A DNA stretch of 61,246 bases, filler included, from Sphacelaria rigidula (taxonomy: Eukaryota), in the NCBI GenBank assembly GCA_964200075.2. It is 7 parts of 7 records of this genome, joined end to end, with 100 filler letters (N's around TTAATTAATTAA, not from the genome) between each part and the next. Parts side by side here need not be neighbours in the genome. Positions count along the whole stretch, not along the records: positions 1 to 8,665 come from CAXNAA020010455.1; positions 8,766 to 17,430 come from CAXNAA020010456.1; 5 more parts are not named here. One strand, given 5' to 3'. This document shows positions 1-12,300 of this stretch, piece by piece. The notes under the pieces are model-generated. The model worked only from the letters and a program-made list of their open reading frames with translations, searched no databases and was not told the origin of the DNA. A program made the position numbers and the translations under genes. Each line of letters opens with the position of its first letter. Position 1 is the first letter of the stretch.

Positions 1-85
1 GATTGGACCGGTATCGGTAGGGTATGAGATGTCCCAAATACCGGTACCGGGTACCTACCTTACCTACGGTACCTGTGGAATCCTG

Positions 86-1308
86 GTAAAGTTTGGGCAT
101 CGCTGCGAGCTCCCCTCATGCACATTCCGCTTGAACCTGTGTAGCTGATACCCCCACACCCGACTCCTCACGCCCCCCACAGTCGGTTCTGTCGACCACG
201 TTGATGAGTCTTACTTCGACCTTGGTTGTTCCTCCCCGCCACAGGTTCACACAATGGACCCTGTCCGCCCACCCTCCGACCCTCCTGATGAATTGCTGCG
301 CCCACCCGAGTCCCGGAAACGTTCCTTGCAAATACGGCATCAACTACCACCCCATCCACGTGACATCAACTTTGACCTCCACGGACCCGGTTGCGAACCC
401 GCTGTAATTGAAGACTTGCACGATGTCTTAATGGAATACCAAAATCGATTTTCCCACACCAAGACAGATTTAGGGCATTGTAAAACGCTGCCCTTCGAGT
501 TCACCCTGCAACCCGGTGTTTCGCCAATTTCTTCTCGGCCATATCGGACAAACCCCCTCCCAACTCAAACAGCCAATGCCATTTTAGATGCATACTTGGG
601 AGCCGGTTTGATCCACTACTCGTCCTCCCCATGGGTGTCACTCCTCGTGGTTGTCCCCCAAAAGGTCGGAAATATACGTATCACGAGTCATGCTACGATA
701 GGAGGGGGGGGGGTTGGGCCGTTTTATTTCACGAAATTCCACTTGAAATCGTCCTGAACAGCAGCAATGGTTGTTCAAACGCGCTTGCTTTCGGTAATTA
801 ACACTCATTCATACTGCTTGATGCCGCGTTTACCCAAATACTAGCGCACCGCGAGCGTGTTAGGTTGTCTGAAGTATTTATGAGTCCATTTCTTCGTGGA
901 ATCAAACACCCCCCCTATCGTAGCATGACTCTCACGGTACATTACCAACGACTGAATCGCGTCACTGTCGTGGGAAAACTTCCGATTCCCCGCAGTGACG
1001 AGGGTTCCGACTCACTCGGTGAAGGAAAAATCTTCAACACCTTCCATCTCGCTTCTGGATTTTTCCAGATCATCATCCACCCTGATGCAGTCCCTCTAAA
1101 GACGTTCTGTACACCTTCAGGGCTCTACGAATGGCTCCGTATGCCACAAGGCGCCGCCACTGCACCAGGTTGTTTACATCGCCTGATGCAACGAGTCACC
1201 GACGGCCTCGAACACCTCATCATGTACTTGGACGACGCTATCGCATTCGATGCTTCACTTAAGGCACTTTTGCGCACCTTACGGAAATTACTTTCTCGCC
1301 TGCGCGCG
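86..1308 (+). mobile_element. Degenerate Ty3/Gypsy pol fragment (protease-RT linker and RT up to just past YLDD), interrupted by a MITE and truncated by an LTR insertion
   Basis: ORFs 254-757 and 865-1335 encode RT motifs (SSSPWVS..LVVVPQK.GNIRIT / VHYQRLN..KLPIPR..SGFFQI..GLYEWLRMPQG..YLDD) and closely resemble the minus-strand RT at 5815-6952. Confidence 0.93.
685..931. mobile_element. 247-bp MITE with GAG...CTC termini and 4-bp TSD (Sola-like non-autonomous DNA transposon)
   Basis: TIRs GAGTCATGCTACGATAGG / CCTATCGTAGCATGACTC; TSD TCAC at 681-684 and 932-935; removing it restores the RT frame GNIRIT-VHYQRL. Confidence 0.9.
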
Positions 1309-1787
1309 TGTAATGGGGTTGCGGCGCTGTCATAGCAAGCACAGGCTTACAAGGCAAAGTGGACAATCGACAGATCGTACGGCCCAGCACCAGCTCCTCA
1401 CACAGTGTGTCGGGGTAAGGTCTCACGCGCAGTATTATCTTCTTCTTTAGTACCTGGTCTCCACCTTTCAGTATCCATTCAATCAATCCAATCTCACGCT
1501 CAGTCAATTAGTCTCACCGATGTTAGACTCCTTTGCTGGGAGAGGGTAGAAGATGGTACTGTCAGAGGGTGGGGGCTTCGTTCGTGCTGGGACAAACGAA
1601 GTCGACATAATCTCCGCAATATACAAGTTCACACTCGTACCTGACCACCTCTGAACAGACCTGCAGTCTAGAATACCGGAAAACCAGAAAGCAAATAGCC
1701 AGACTCGACAACGGGTCTGAAGCGGCATGACAACAGGCTAATATGCGTCTTCATGACACTAACTCACCCAGACGAACCTTTGTTACA
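1309..1787 (-). repeat. Probable 3' LTR of the minus-strand Gypsy element
   Basis: Begins TGTAAT exactly where plus-strand RT homology stops; ends GTTACA (TG...CA with short inverted termini). Second LTR not in contig. Confidence 0.65.
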
Positions 1788-2433
1788 GCTGCGAGGATTT
1801 ATCCTCAAAGCAGCGCAAACTAAGGTTTTTCTTTACTCGTAAAGTCATGAGCGGCTAATAAAGCATACCTAAGGAAACACTCCCGTATCGAACTGAAAAG
1901 CGTCCTAAGAAAACACTCCGGTACCAACACTCCTGTACCCTCTCCCATACCTCAAAAAAAGGAAAGCATAGACTGCTTCGAGGAGCAGAAACACTGCTGC
2001 GAAACGCGGAAGCACAAACTGCCTCTGCGTGCTAGCGATCAACGAAGAAGCACAAATTTCTTCGGCGACCTAGCAAAACTTAAGGGGGGAAAACGGGGAG
2101 GTACAACAGGGAGCAGAGCTCTAACGTGGGGGACGAAAAAGGTGCAACAGGGGGCAGAACTTCAACCTGGGAGAATTCAAAGGTGCAAAAGAAGTGCAAG
2201 ATCAGAAATCTGAAAATCGGTGATACAACGATGTCGAGCGCCAGTCGCGAGGGGGTGTTATAGCTCCAGCAGTCGTAGATGGTGGGCGTCTTCAGTAGTT
2301 TTTCATCGTCGTCCGATGTAGGTCGCCATGTTGTGATGTCGTAGAAGAGGGTTCTGGTGGAGAAGGGAGGGCAGACAATGCTACAGAAAACTGGGGTGGG
2401 GGGTGGGCAACAGTTGCGACGAAGGAGCGTGGT

Positions 2434-2913
2434 TCAAAGCGGGCGTGGACGTCGTGGGTGTGGTCGATGTTGCGTTGGAGACTGCGGCGAAATCCTTTGG
2501 ACGGACTCAAGGCGCTGGAGGCACCAGGATCCGCGTGGTGCAGATGGGCTGGTGGTGTATAGTGCTGGCCGGAGCTTGAGCTGTATGGGTCCAGGGTCAT
2601 CGATGAAGCGCACGATGTATGTGTCGGCCGAAACCAGGTGAGCGGAGTGGATCTGACCCAACCACCAGAGGTTGTCGCTGCCTTTTAACCAAAGGTAGCT
2701 GCCCTTGAGCAGTATTCGCTGGTTTGCGAAGAACTTCGTCTTACAAGTCTTGGTGGGTACAAGTGCGTAACCGTCGGCGACGAAGCGTAGTCCCTGGTCG
2801 CGGTGAAGTTCGCGGGATGCTGCACCAGGACGCACGTTGCGATATGTATTGTTGTCAGCAAGATGCTGATGTTGGGATTGCGTCCAGAACAGGAGAGTTG
2901 CACCGCGGAGCAA
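2434..2913 (-). pseudogene. In-frame C-terminal extension of integrase with a Tudor/PWWP-like beta-barrel signature
   Basis: Same frame as 2914-4011, separated by one TAA; GSYLWLKGSDNLWWLGQI...TYIVRFIDD resembles the Royal-family pattern. Confidence 0.55.
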
Positions 2914-4445
2914 TTAAAGGTCGGATTCGCGTTTCCAAGACGCTCTCCGAAGATCGTGCCAGTGTGTCTTATACATGACAGCGATTGTGCCACCTCGACC
3001 GCAGGTTATCTGGTGGCCGGAGATGGTGGACACGGTCAATCGAACGGGTTGTTCCGTCACGTCGTCGGTTGTAACGTGGTAGGGCGGGGACTTGGTCGAG
3101 CAGCTGTTGAGAACATACGGTGTGAGTCTGGCAGGCAGGTACTTGGGCATGTCACTTGTATCATGTGGGTTCGTGCAGGATTTGCATTTGTACACGGAGA
3201 CGCGGGGTTTGGTGTCCTTGCCTTGGAAGTCGCGAGGCAAGTCGAGATAGAGCAGTTTGTCACCAACGGGTTTATCATCCAGTGATGATGACGATGGTCC
3301 GACTGTCAGGATCTTGAATGGTCCTGTCCAATTGAGGGAGAATTTTGTCTTCAAAATTGTTTCGTTGTCTGCCTTGCTGGTTCCTTGGCGGATGGTCGAC
3401 AAACTGTTGTGGATCCAAACCCAATCACCCACTTTCCAGTTGGGGCGTTTGTGCATGAGGTTGTAGAGAGCAGTGTTCGATCTCTCTAGGCGCGAGGCGT
3501 TGATATCGTGTTGTTCGCGCACGAGGGTAAACGCTTTGCGTTGTCGTGCATGCGCTAAATCGTGGTGGAATATCTGATCCTGATCCAATCCTTGGTGGCC
3601 GTCGAACGTGTGGTGCTCAAACACGGTGATGTGCAGCCGACGGTAACGTCCAAGATGGAGTTCGTTCGGAGAAAGGCCGATGGCGGTATGAACCGAGTTG
3701 TTGTAGGACAACATGATGTGCGAGAGATGTAGGTCCCAGTCATTTTGGTGGTCCTTGACGACTATAGAGAGTATTTGGGCCATGGTGTGATTCACTCTTT
3801 CCGTACCACCGTTACCGTTCGGGTGGTACGCGCTCGTGGCAATTTTGCGGATGCCCAGGAGCTTGTGAAGCTCATCAGGGAAATCTGAGCAAAAGTGCTG
3901 ACTATCGTCTGAAAGGAGTCGCTTTTGGCAATCGTAGTGCTTAGTGTAATCGTGGACCAATATGTCGGCCGTTCCGGCGGCAGTGAAATCTGCGGCGGTT
4001 ACCGCGTACATGGCGCGTGGCGGCTGAAGCGGTCAGTGAAGAGTGAGATGTAGGTGTTACCGGAACCTGTGGTCGGTAGAGGGCCAAAATAGTCAAAGGA
4101 CACAAGGTGGCCTGGCTCGTTGGGGAGTCCCATAGAGATGACGGGCCAGCGTACTGTCTCTCGTGAAGTCTTTTGGGCTTGGCATTGGAAGCATCGCCGA
4201 ATCCAGAAGCGGGTGGAAATTTTCATACCAACCCACCAGTAGAAGCATTCCAAGAGCGCTAGGGTGCGGATGACGCCAAGGTGACATGACAGGTCTGTGT
4301 GGCAGCCTTTCATGATCCAGGGGCGCATTAATAATCGGACATATATGCACGTTGGTTCGTCATCGAGTAGTCGTGCGTGGCGTCCCGTGGTTGAGGCGGA
4401 AATTGCGCCTGTCCAAGGCGTGGGCCGACGCACGAATAGTTGCAC
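2914..4445 (-). pseudogene. Gypsy integrase (HHCC zinc finger, DDE core, GPF motif, chromodomain-like tail), frameshifted
   Basis: CH...CHLGV..WW..M....CFQCQ; VSFDYFGPLP..FTDRFSR; LLSD; AYHPNGNGGTERVNHT; WTGPFKI; ISGHQ..GRGG..MYKTHW..SWKRESDL. Confidence 0.93.
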
Positions 4446-5370
4446 ACCGTCATCCGTAGTAAAAGGGTGCCTTTACGCACGAGCTTGTATACGTCAGAAA
4501 TAACTGGTGGTGGCAGTGTGGCAACCGGGGCCAGAAGTGTGGATGGAAACGGTACTGGACAGTCGAGTTGTAAGTACCGGATGGCTGCGCAACATAGCGG
4601 TTCTGCGTTTTGTTCGCGAGCCCAGTCGCGGTGAGAGTGCTGGCGAGAATCTCGCGTAGTTGACCTTCCGCTGGCGAGCCGACCAGACATGGTGGGGCAG
4701 GCGGCGGGAGAATAGGCGACGGGGCAGGAATGCCGACGTCAATATCTGTTCCGGAAGCAAAAACTAAGTCGTCAGCTCCGTGCTCGGGAGCTGTAGATGT
4801 TGGCGGCGCCGTTATGGGTGGTGGGGCTATATCAGTGCGCGGCGAAGATTGTCCGTGGCGCGTGGTGCACGTTGCGGAAGGTTTCGCGGAGCGTTGCGTG
4901 CTAGTCCGTGGAACTTGTGCTGCGTGACTCGTGGAAATTGTGGGCACTATCGGTGGCGGCGGGGCACTCGGGGTGGTGCGGGCGGCAGACCGGGAGCGCG
5001 TGTTGTCGAAGATTAGGTGGGTGACTGGAGGTGTCTCCGCGAACAGCTTCGCGCGAGTACCGAATGTGCGGAAATTGACAAAATCGGAGACAGTGGGCTT
5101 TAACCCACCCAATACGGTGTCATATGGTAGAGGGCGAGGTCCTCCCATATGCATACCGGTTTTCGGGCACTGGAGGTCGAGGACGTAAACGGGCGTTGAA
5201 AAACGTCTAATCGCGGAAATTTCAGGTTCATCGGGTTCCGTTCAACGGCAAGCCGGGCTGGAATCTGCGGCCGCAGGCGGCGGAGGTAAGCGAGAAAGAA
5301 GAGCAGCGTTCCCGTTCGTTTTGCCTGGACGGTGCTTGATAGTATACTGATATGCTGGTAGAAACTCCAA

Positions 5371-5705
5371 TCATCGTTGTACACGCGGGTTGTGTTCGGC
5401 AACCTTGGCAAATTGTTCGAGTGCTCCGTGATCCGTATAGATCTCAAAGGGCACGTGAAACAGATATTGTCGAAGGCGCTCAATGGCCCAAGTGATTACT
5501 CCGCCTTCCCGTTCTAGCCGACTCCAATTGGCCTCGTTGGGCAGGGTAGCGCAGCTGATATAGAGGATGAGTCGGACGGAGCCATCAACCTGAGGTTGAT
5601 TCAAAACTCCTCCAAATCCGTTTGTGCTGGCGTCAGTGTGGAGTCGGAAAACGCGGAAACCATCTTGTACTGCCTCCCAATCAGGAAAGCAGAGTACCGG
5701 CTTTT
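5371..5705 (-). pseudogene. Gypsy RNase H domain
   Basis: FRLHTDAS..GFGGVL, NWSRLERE, WAIERLRQYL..PFEIYTDH motifs. Confidence 0.88.
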
Positions 5706-5814
5706 TGGTAAGCGTCTTGAGTAATTCGGATATTCTCCATTTCAGTTGTGAAGGAAAACACGGCTCCTTTCTTGAGTAACTCAGTAAGGGGGCGAATCCG
5801 TTTGGATAATTCGG

Positions 5815-6876
5815 CTAAAAAGTGCGGTAGAAGGTTAGCCCGCCCAACAATGAGCGAAGTTGAGAAATGTTCGTCGGCATCGGCAAGTCAATCATCGCAT
5901 TGACTTTGTTTGTATCTGGATGCAGGCCTGCTGGCGAAATGGAAGGCCCCAAGAAATCCAAGTCATTTGCACCAAGGCGAGCTTTGGATGGGGATAGTTT
6001 CAAATCGTGCGTGCGTAGGCTAAAGAGGAATTCTCGCAGAGTGCGGATATGTGCAATAGGTGAGGCATCGAAAGCGATAGCGTCATCCAGGTACATGATG
6101 ATGTGCTCGAGGCCGTCTGTGACGCGTTGCATCAAGCGTTGAAAGCATTCCGGGGCAGTGGCGGCGCCTTGTGGCATTCGAAGCCACTCATAGAGGCCGG
6201 ACGACGCACAAAAAGCCGTCAGTGGGACTGTGTCGGGGTGTATAGCATTCTGAAAAACTCCAGAGGCGAGGTCGAAGGTGCTGAATATTTTCCCTTCACC
6301 TGAGGAGTCGAAGACTTCATCAATGCGGGGAATTGGAAGTTTACCTACTACAGTGACGCGGTTCAACCGTTGATAATTCACGGTTATGCGTATGTTTCCA
6401 TCTTTTTTGGGGACAACCATGAGTGACGAGGCCCAGTGAGAGGAGGAATGTTGTATTAATCCCGCTCCCAAATACGCATCCGAGATGGCGTTAACTTTCT
6501 TGGTAAGGATTGAGTTTGTTCGGTATGGTCGAGAAGAAATCGGCGAGACGCTGGATTAGAGAGTAACCTCAAAGGGCAGCGTTTTGCAATGCCCAAGATC
6601 CGTCTTGGTTCGGAAAAAACCGGTCTTGGTACTGTAGCAGGACATCACTGAGGTCTCGGATGACTGCCGGTTCCCAGCCGGGCCCATGAAGGTCAAAATT
6701 GATGTCGCGCGTGTGTGGCAGCAGTTGGTTCCACATGGGCAACAAACTATTTCGAGAATCTGGTGATGAGCATTGAAGCACTTCAGCAGGAGGATCAGAA
6801 TTTGACTGGGCAGGATCCACGGTGTGGACCTGGGGTGGAGTCGCAGAGGCGAGGTCGAAATCAGGTTCATCGACAC
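5815..6876 (-). pseudogene. Gypsy reverse transcriptase, with frameshifts
   Basis: VVPKKDGNIRITVNYQRLN, DLASG, GLYEWLRMPQG, YLDD, FLG, LRSLLG motifs. Confidence 0.95.
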
Positions 6877-6971
6877 AGTGGACTGACTCCGCCGGAGATG
6901 TGGCGTTTGGAGCGGCAGGTGCCGTTACGCACGACTCGAGTGGGATGTGCATCAGGGAGCAGCGGCCATTC

Positions 6972-8192
6972 CTAAAACATTGCCGGGTTCCAAGTTAGCA
7001 TGGCCCGTAAGAGGGGGAGTTGTTGTCCCGCCGACAAAAAATGTTCTGTGTCGGCTGGTGCGCCAATACGGGGTAACATTTCGGCAAGATAATGATCCGT
7101 AAGTGCTGGCATGCCATTTCGGCGAACTAGTGCAACTTCTAGAAGTTGGGGGTCGTCGGAGAGTGTGATACCAACGCTACCGCTGTATCGTAGGTGGTAA
7201 GCAGCTCCGGTTGCCTGAGTGTCTTTCTGATAGGCCAGGGCGCTGTGTAGAGTACCAAAGTGCTCGAGGTTGAATTCTCCGTGGGGCGTGGACTTTGGCG
7301 ATAGTGGTGGAAGCGTGCGGTAGGTGCGTTTATTAAACCGCATATAGCTATCTCTGCCCAACAATACGGCGTGGTGCATTGTGCTGTCGGGGACAATGTA
7401 TGCCCAGACTGCCAGGCTGGCAGATCGAGTGGTGTTGTGAAAGAATTGCACACTGAGACGTACGGATCTACTTGTCGTCAGTGGCGCGGTAGAATCACCC
7501 AAACCGCCCCATACTCGAGGTGGGATGGTGGTTTCGCAAGCTGCAGTAGTAGCGCCAGTCTGCTTCATGTGTTTCCACGTTGATTCTCGAATAAATGTTT
7601 GCGGGCTGCCGCTGTCCAACAAGGATACGCATTTCGTAGGCGTGGTAGCGTTTGGACCAGAATGGATCGCAACACGTGCAGTGAAAACGGCCGGATCTAC
7701 AGACACTTTACCGCCAACAAGATCCGGACCGTGTTCTGGCAAGGTAAATTGGTCAGATTCAGCGGGGCTGACGGCAAAAACGCACGGCAGGTGATCCACC
7801 GGTGGGTCAGATTTCTCACCAGAGAAGGGAGTGGATGGTATATTCTTTCCAGGTGTGGCACGGTCAAAGTGACCATTGGTGATTTCGCAAATGATCGTCT
7901 TTTGGTTGACAGGGATCACCGTCCAAGGGGGATCCAGATTGTGCGGGGCTGGTGTCGTCGGTTGAGGAAGTAGTGCCGTCAGAATTATTTGATTTTGTTT
8001 CTTCCGGGATACTTGATAAAGCCGTCGAACACACAGTCGTCGGATTTTGGAGATATTGAGGTCGAGGATTTCCGCTCGAAAGAGGTGTACGTGATGATGC
8101 GCGCGCGTCCTTGGGGGCATGCTTACGGGGCTCCCTTTTTCGCCGTGATAAAGGTCGGGAAACTTCCAAAACATTATGGGATGAAACCACAA
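6972..8192 (-). pseudogene. Retrotransposon aspartic protease-containing region
   Basis: LLDSGSPQTF active-site motif and downstream VLLGRD. Confidence 0.85.
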
Positions 8193-8665
8193 CTGCGTCC
8201 AGTTGCGTGGATGGGGTCAGCATCGGGGCATGGCGGAGCGAAACTTGTGGGCTGCTTTCCGCAGGCAAGCTTGGCTGGTGGGTCATAGCCGAAGATATGT
8301 TGGGGCGGTTGTTAGTAGAACCGGCCGAAGGTAGGTCCGTGCGTTTTGAAAATCCCAGGGAAGGAGCTCGATCCAACTGATTGGGAATTACATGATCCGA
8401 TGTGATCACATTCAAACCAGCGACACTTGGGTCAGCTGAAGAAGGCTTGCCACTACCTGTGCGTGCGGTCGCTGAGGGAAGCCTTTCCCTCAGGGATTGG
8501 CGGTTGGTCCTCCCACACCTCAGACTTATACTCGGGACTGAAGGACCAAGTTCAAAGCCGGGTGTAGGTCTGAGTCGCGGGGTGACACAACTGTTACGCG
8601 GTGTGTGGAGGGGTGAAGACGGGGGTCGATATGAACGGCCGTCAGTTGCGCTCCTGCATAGTGCC

Positions 8666-8765
8666 NNNNNNNNNNNNNNNNNNNNNNNNNNNNNNNNNNN
8701 NNNNNNNNNTTAATTAATTAANNNNNNNNNNNNNNNNNNNNNNNNNNNNNNNNNNNNNNNNNNNN
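8666..8765. other. Artificial contig linker (also 17431-17530, 26195-26294, 34958-35057, 43721-43820, 52484-52583)
   Basis: Identical 100-nt N-TTAATTAATTAA-N spacers; flanking contigs are length-sorted (8665, 8665, 8664, 8663, 8663, 8663, 8663). Confidence 0.98.
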
Positions 8766-11224
8766 GAGAGCGATGGCCTAGCACAGGTACGTTCTCGGCC
8801 GATCGGTGGCCCAGATAAGGTACGATTGAAAAATAATTCCTAGATCAGGTATACCTGGGCGAAACTTGGCCTACAAAAGGTAAGCGGCTTCTGAAGGCGA
8901 GACGTCCGTTTTCGCGGGGCCATATCTCTCGAGTAGCATTTTTTCTTCCCGTTTTTTTTCGAGATCGGGGTGCCAATGGCACCCCCGAATGATGTGCGTG
9001 AAAAAGTCGTAGCGAAAACGGTCAAAATGACGTGTTTGGCTGTTTTCGCGTTTCTGGCCATTTTTCGTACCTTTTGGGGGGCAAAAAACGAGATGGTATA
9101 CCTTTTCTAGTCCGTTGCTCTTCATTTTTCTCGTCATCTGTTCGAGGGCGTTACGGAGAGCAAGAACTCGACACGTTATGGGAAAAGTATCCGTGATCAA
9201 CACGGTTTCAACTGTGCAGAGAACGTGCTTGCTTCAGCGCTCGACCTTTTGGGCCGTCCCGGTTTGTTCACAGAGTCGGGACGCATAAAAGGGATGATGC
9301 GGATTGCACTGGAGGTTCCTGTATTTCCGCTTTTTTGGTCCCCTAGACAACACTAACGAGGGCCATTCCCAATTCTTAGCTTGCTAGCTGTCCGCCACAC
9401 AACGAAATGAGTCTCATGGATCAACAATCAACCTGTGCGTGGTCCACACTGTATACCCGAAGCCAGACTCTACAACGAAAGCACAAAGGGCTCGCGATAG
9501 TCGATCTTCCGTGAGAGCATCATGTTCTCTGATGAAAATAAAAATGTGCCCCAGAAATTGTTCTAGCTTCTGCATTTGAACCAAGAGAGACAGTCATAAT
9601 GATACCACGGACAATGAATAGAGGAGAGAAGTTATGGAGACATTACCGACGAGGACCAACGCAGGAAGACTGGGAAACAGCCGGACAAAGCAAAGCATGC
9701 GGAATGAGCGGACTGGGGCCACTTAGACGCGAGGATAGCAGTTCACTCACCACGGCTGTGGCTGTTTTCAACACCAGGTCGCTCCCGGGCTGGATATCCA
9801 CCCAGTCGGCGCCGACGGTTCTGTTGTTAACCTCCACTTTGCTCAGGTTATGCTTAGCGACGTTCTTAACCTTGCATTCGATGCAATCGTCATCCTCATC
9901 TGTGCGTTGATGGGCAAAACAAGATGATTGCTGTCCAAGTCAGCTCAATTGCAAACCAATGATGTCCGAGTGAGGCTCATTCTGGGTTTCCGTGGTACTT
10001 CTTCATTTTCAACTCAATCGCCGGTGGGAAGGGTCGCATGAACATGTTAGTGAAGTAAAAATGTACGCGTATATATTTGCGTCATGCCACACTGTCTCGT
10101 GTGAGATAGTCGCCTGACTCCTGTTCAAACAGAAGGCAAAAGGCGACCGAATATGCCCATGGACAGGCCGACCAGTGCTGGCAGGCCGACCAGAAAATAT
10201 TATATTTTGACGTTCGAGTTGAACTGAGCGGTGTTACGTTACCAGTTTGTGTTAAAAAAAAGGGGGTAGTGAAGACTTGACGTTCGTTCAACTCACCGAC
10301 GAAAATCTCGAATTGTTTTCGAGACACGGACGAGCTTCTTATGCCTGTCATCTGGCTCCTTCCCAGGATTTGAGAGCCTAACGTCAGGAGTACTTGCCTG
10401 AGACAATCGAATAGGGGTGGAATAAAGCGGCACAAGGAATCCGGGACGGGAAGTTGTTCGAGTCAGTACAATACGAGACGGCTCTCGGGCTAGGCTTTAG
10501 AGCACCTATTGTACGCTGCAAGCACTCATGTTGGCAGTCTCTGCTCTGGAGTAGCTCTGGGGGAAATCCGTCAACCTCACACTCATTACTGACGGCGGAG
10601 CAATTCGTTGACGGCAGCTTGAAACACCCGACAGGTCTTCTCAGCTGACGCACGTGCAGACGTAACATTCTACCGTTTGCCTCGCTCATCAACCCTACAA
10701 CCGTAATGTACCTCCTGGCAACCGAAGGCAACGGCGGCGATGGGTAGAGCTTTGGGTTGCAGTTAGTGGTATACTGAGCTACAAGTGCTTGATTCCACAC
10801 GATGGTACTCCACGCATCCGTGCGGTTGTATTTTTTTTCACTTCGGATCACTTGAAGTATAGACTACGGACTGGGTCCTAACTTACAACCACATGCAGCG
10901 CCCTCTAAGATGTTTTCCGACTACACGGTGTCCTCTACCTGAACACATAACACAACGTACATTCCACTTGGTCACTGTCCAAGGCCAGAAGGTGAATTTT
11001 TGCATGTAGGTAACCTCCACGTGTTCGCCTTTTCGCTTTTCCTTGGGATCTGGCTCACCTAGCGCATACTTTGAAGTAGTTGGGTGGCGCCGACCGTTAG
11101 TCTATATGTACAAATTGATAGCAAGGCTTTATTTCCAACTGCACGTGAGCACATAGTACCGGTGATATCCGGAACAAAGCACGTTCACCTCACCTTGTAC
11201 GGTACACTTATCGGAATCACATCC

Positions 11225-12300
11225 GTCTATGCTCAGTACCCTGTACGCGCAACCACGTCTTCGTGGTAGTACATGTGCCGCCGACGCGGGGCATCGTTTT
11301 GTGATCGCCGGAGAGCCTCGGGAAGATGATGTCGACCATCGTGCGCGTTTTCGTAATATTCAGACTGACGGTGCCGGAGCCCAAGACAGAGATCATGTAC
11401 TTGCTGCCGACAGGGATGGACGAGTGCCCATCCAGGTTCAACGCCAGCGGCCACGTGTACAAGCAAACCACCGAGGTTGTATACCTCGGAGGACCTGTTT
11501 GCAACTATTTGCACGGACAGGAGGGTGGACAAGAAGGTGGCAAGTCGTCTGTCCCGAGCATGTGGACGCTACAGGTGGGAAGGGCAGTCGATGTACGACC
11601 GTTGGGAGCTCCCCCTCCGGCTCAACCTACGACTAGTCCAAGCCAAAGTGGTTGGGATCCTTCGGTACGAGGGCACAACGTGGAATATTAGAAAGGAGCA
11701 CTGCACCAAGCTCAACGGGACGCACCGCCAACTCCTGACGAGCTGCACTGGGTGGAACAAAAGGACGGACACGGACCGCCCCCTGCCCTACGCCGAAACC
11801 CCTCTCAAGCTCGACTGCACCGAGACCACCGAGACCACCGCGCGCAAACCGAGACTTCTCTTCGCGTGATTCGTTATGCGCGTGGGAGACGGCCGACTTC
11901 CAAAGCACTTTATGCTGGGAACGTTGCAGAGGGTGACTGAGTACAGAGGGAACAAGAGGGCAACCGGATGCATTGCCTAGAAGAGGGCCTCGAGTTCTCC
12001 GATATGAAAGAGAAGAACGGGGAGAGGTAGAAAACGAGCGTCGAGGAACTGGATGACTGATGAGCATGGCGGAGGAAGAGGTGGAATGGTTCATGGCGAA
12101 ATGGCACCAACAAGAACGGGAAGACCGTCAATGCGCCATTTAGAGAGGGTGGACAAAAAAGTAAACGAACGAACAAGGGACCGCGAGGTTGCGGGCGGGC
12201 CGAAAAGAGGAAACGGCTGAGGGGATAAAAGTAGAAATAATAAACAGGAAGAAGAGAGGGGGGGGCTCGCACCACTGCCATAGAAGGAACAAAGATGGAG
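11225..12300 (+). mobile_element. 5'-truncated degenerate LINE (RTE-like) RT C-terminal part plus 3' UTR
   Basis: DAG(IV)..ESLGKMM..FRLTVPEPKTEIM..VYLGG; LRYEGTTW; RLPKHFMLGTL motifs across shifted frames. Confidence 0.8.

Larger units (their letters stand above)
1309..8665 (-). mobile_element. Ty3/Gypsy LTR retrotransposon, 5' end cut by the contig end, with frameshifts and stops
   Basis: Domain order on minus strand PR-RT-RH-INT-chromodomain-like is the Gypsy order. Confidence 0.95.

Noticed and set aside
2803-3285. Plus-strand ORFs overlapping the Gypsy pol (many in 2300-8700)
   Set aside because: Antisense shadows of the GC-rich retrotransposon frame
8666-8765. TTAATTAATTAA as a biological repeat, and regular 8.76-kb periodicity
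   Set aside because: Artificial all-frame-stop linkers between length-sorted contigs
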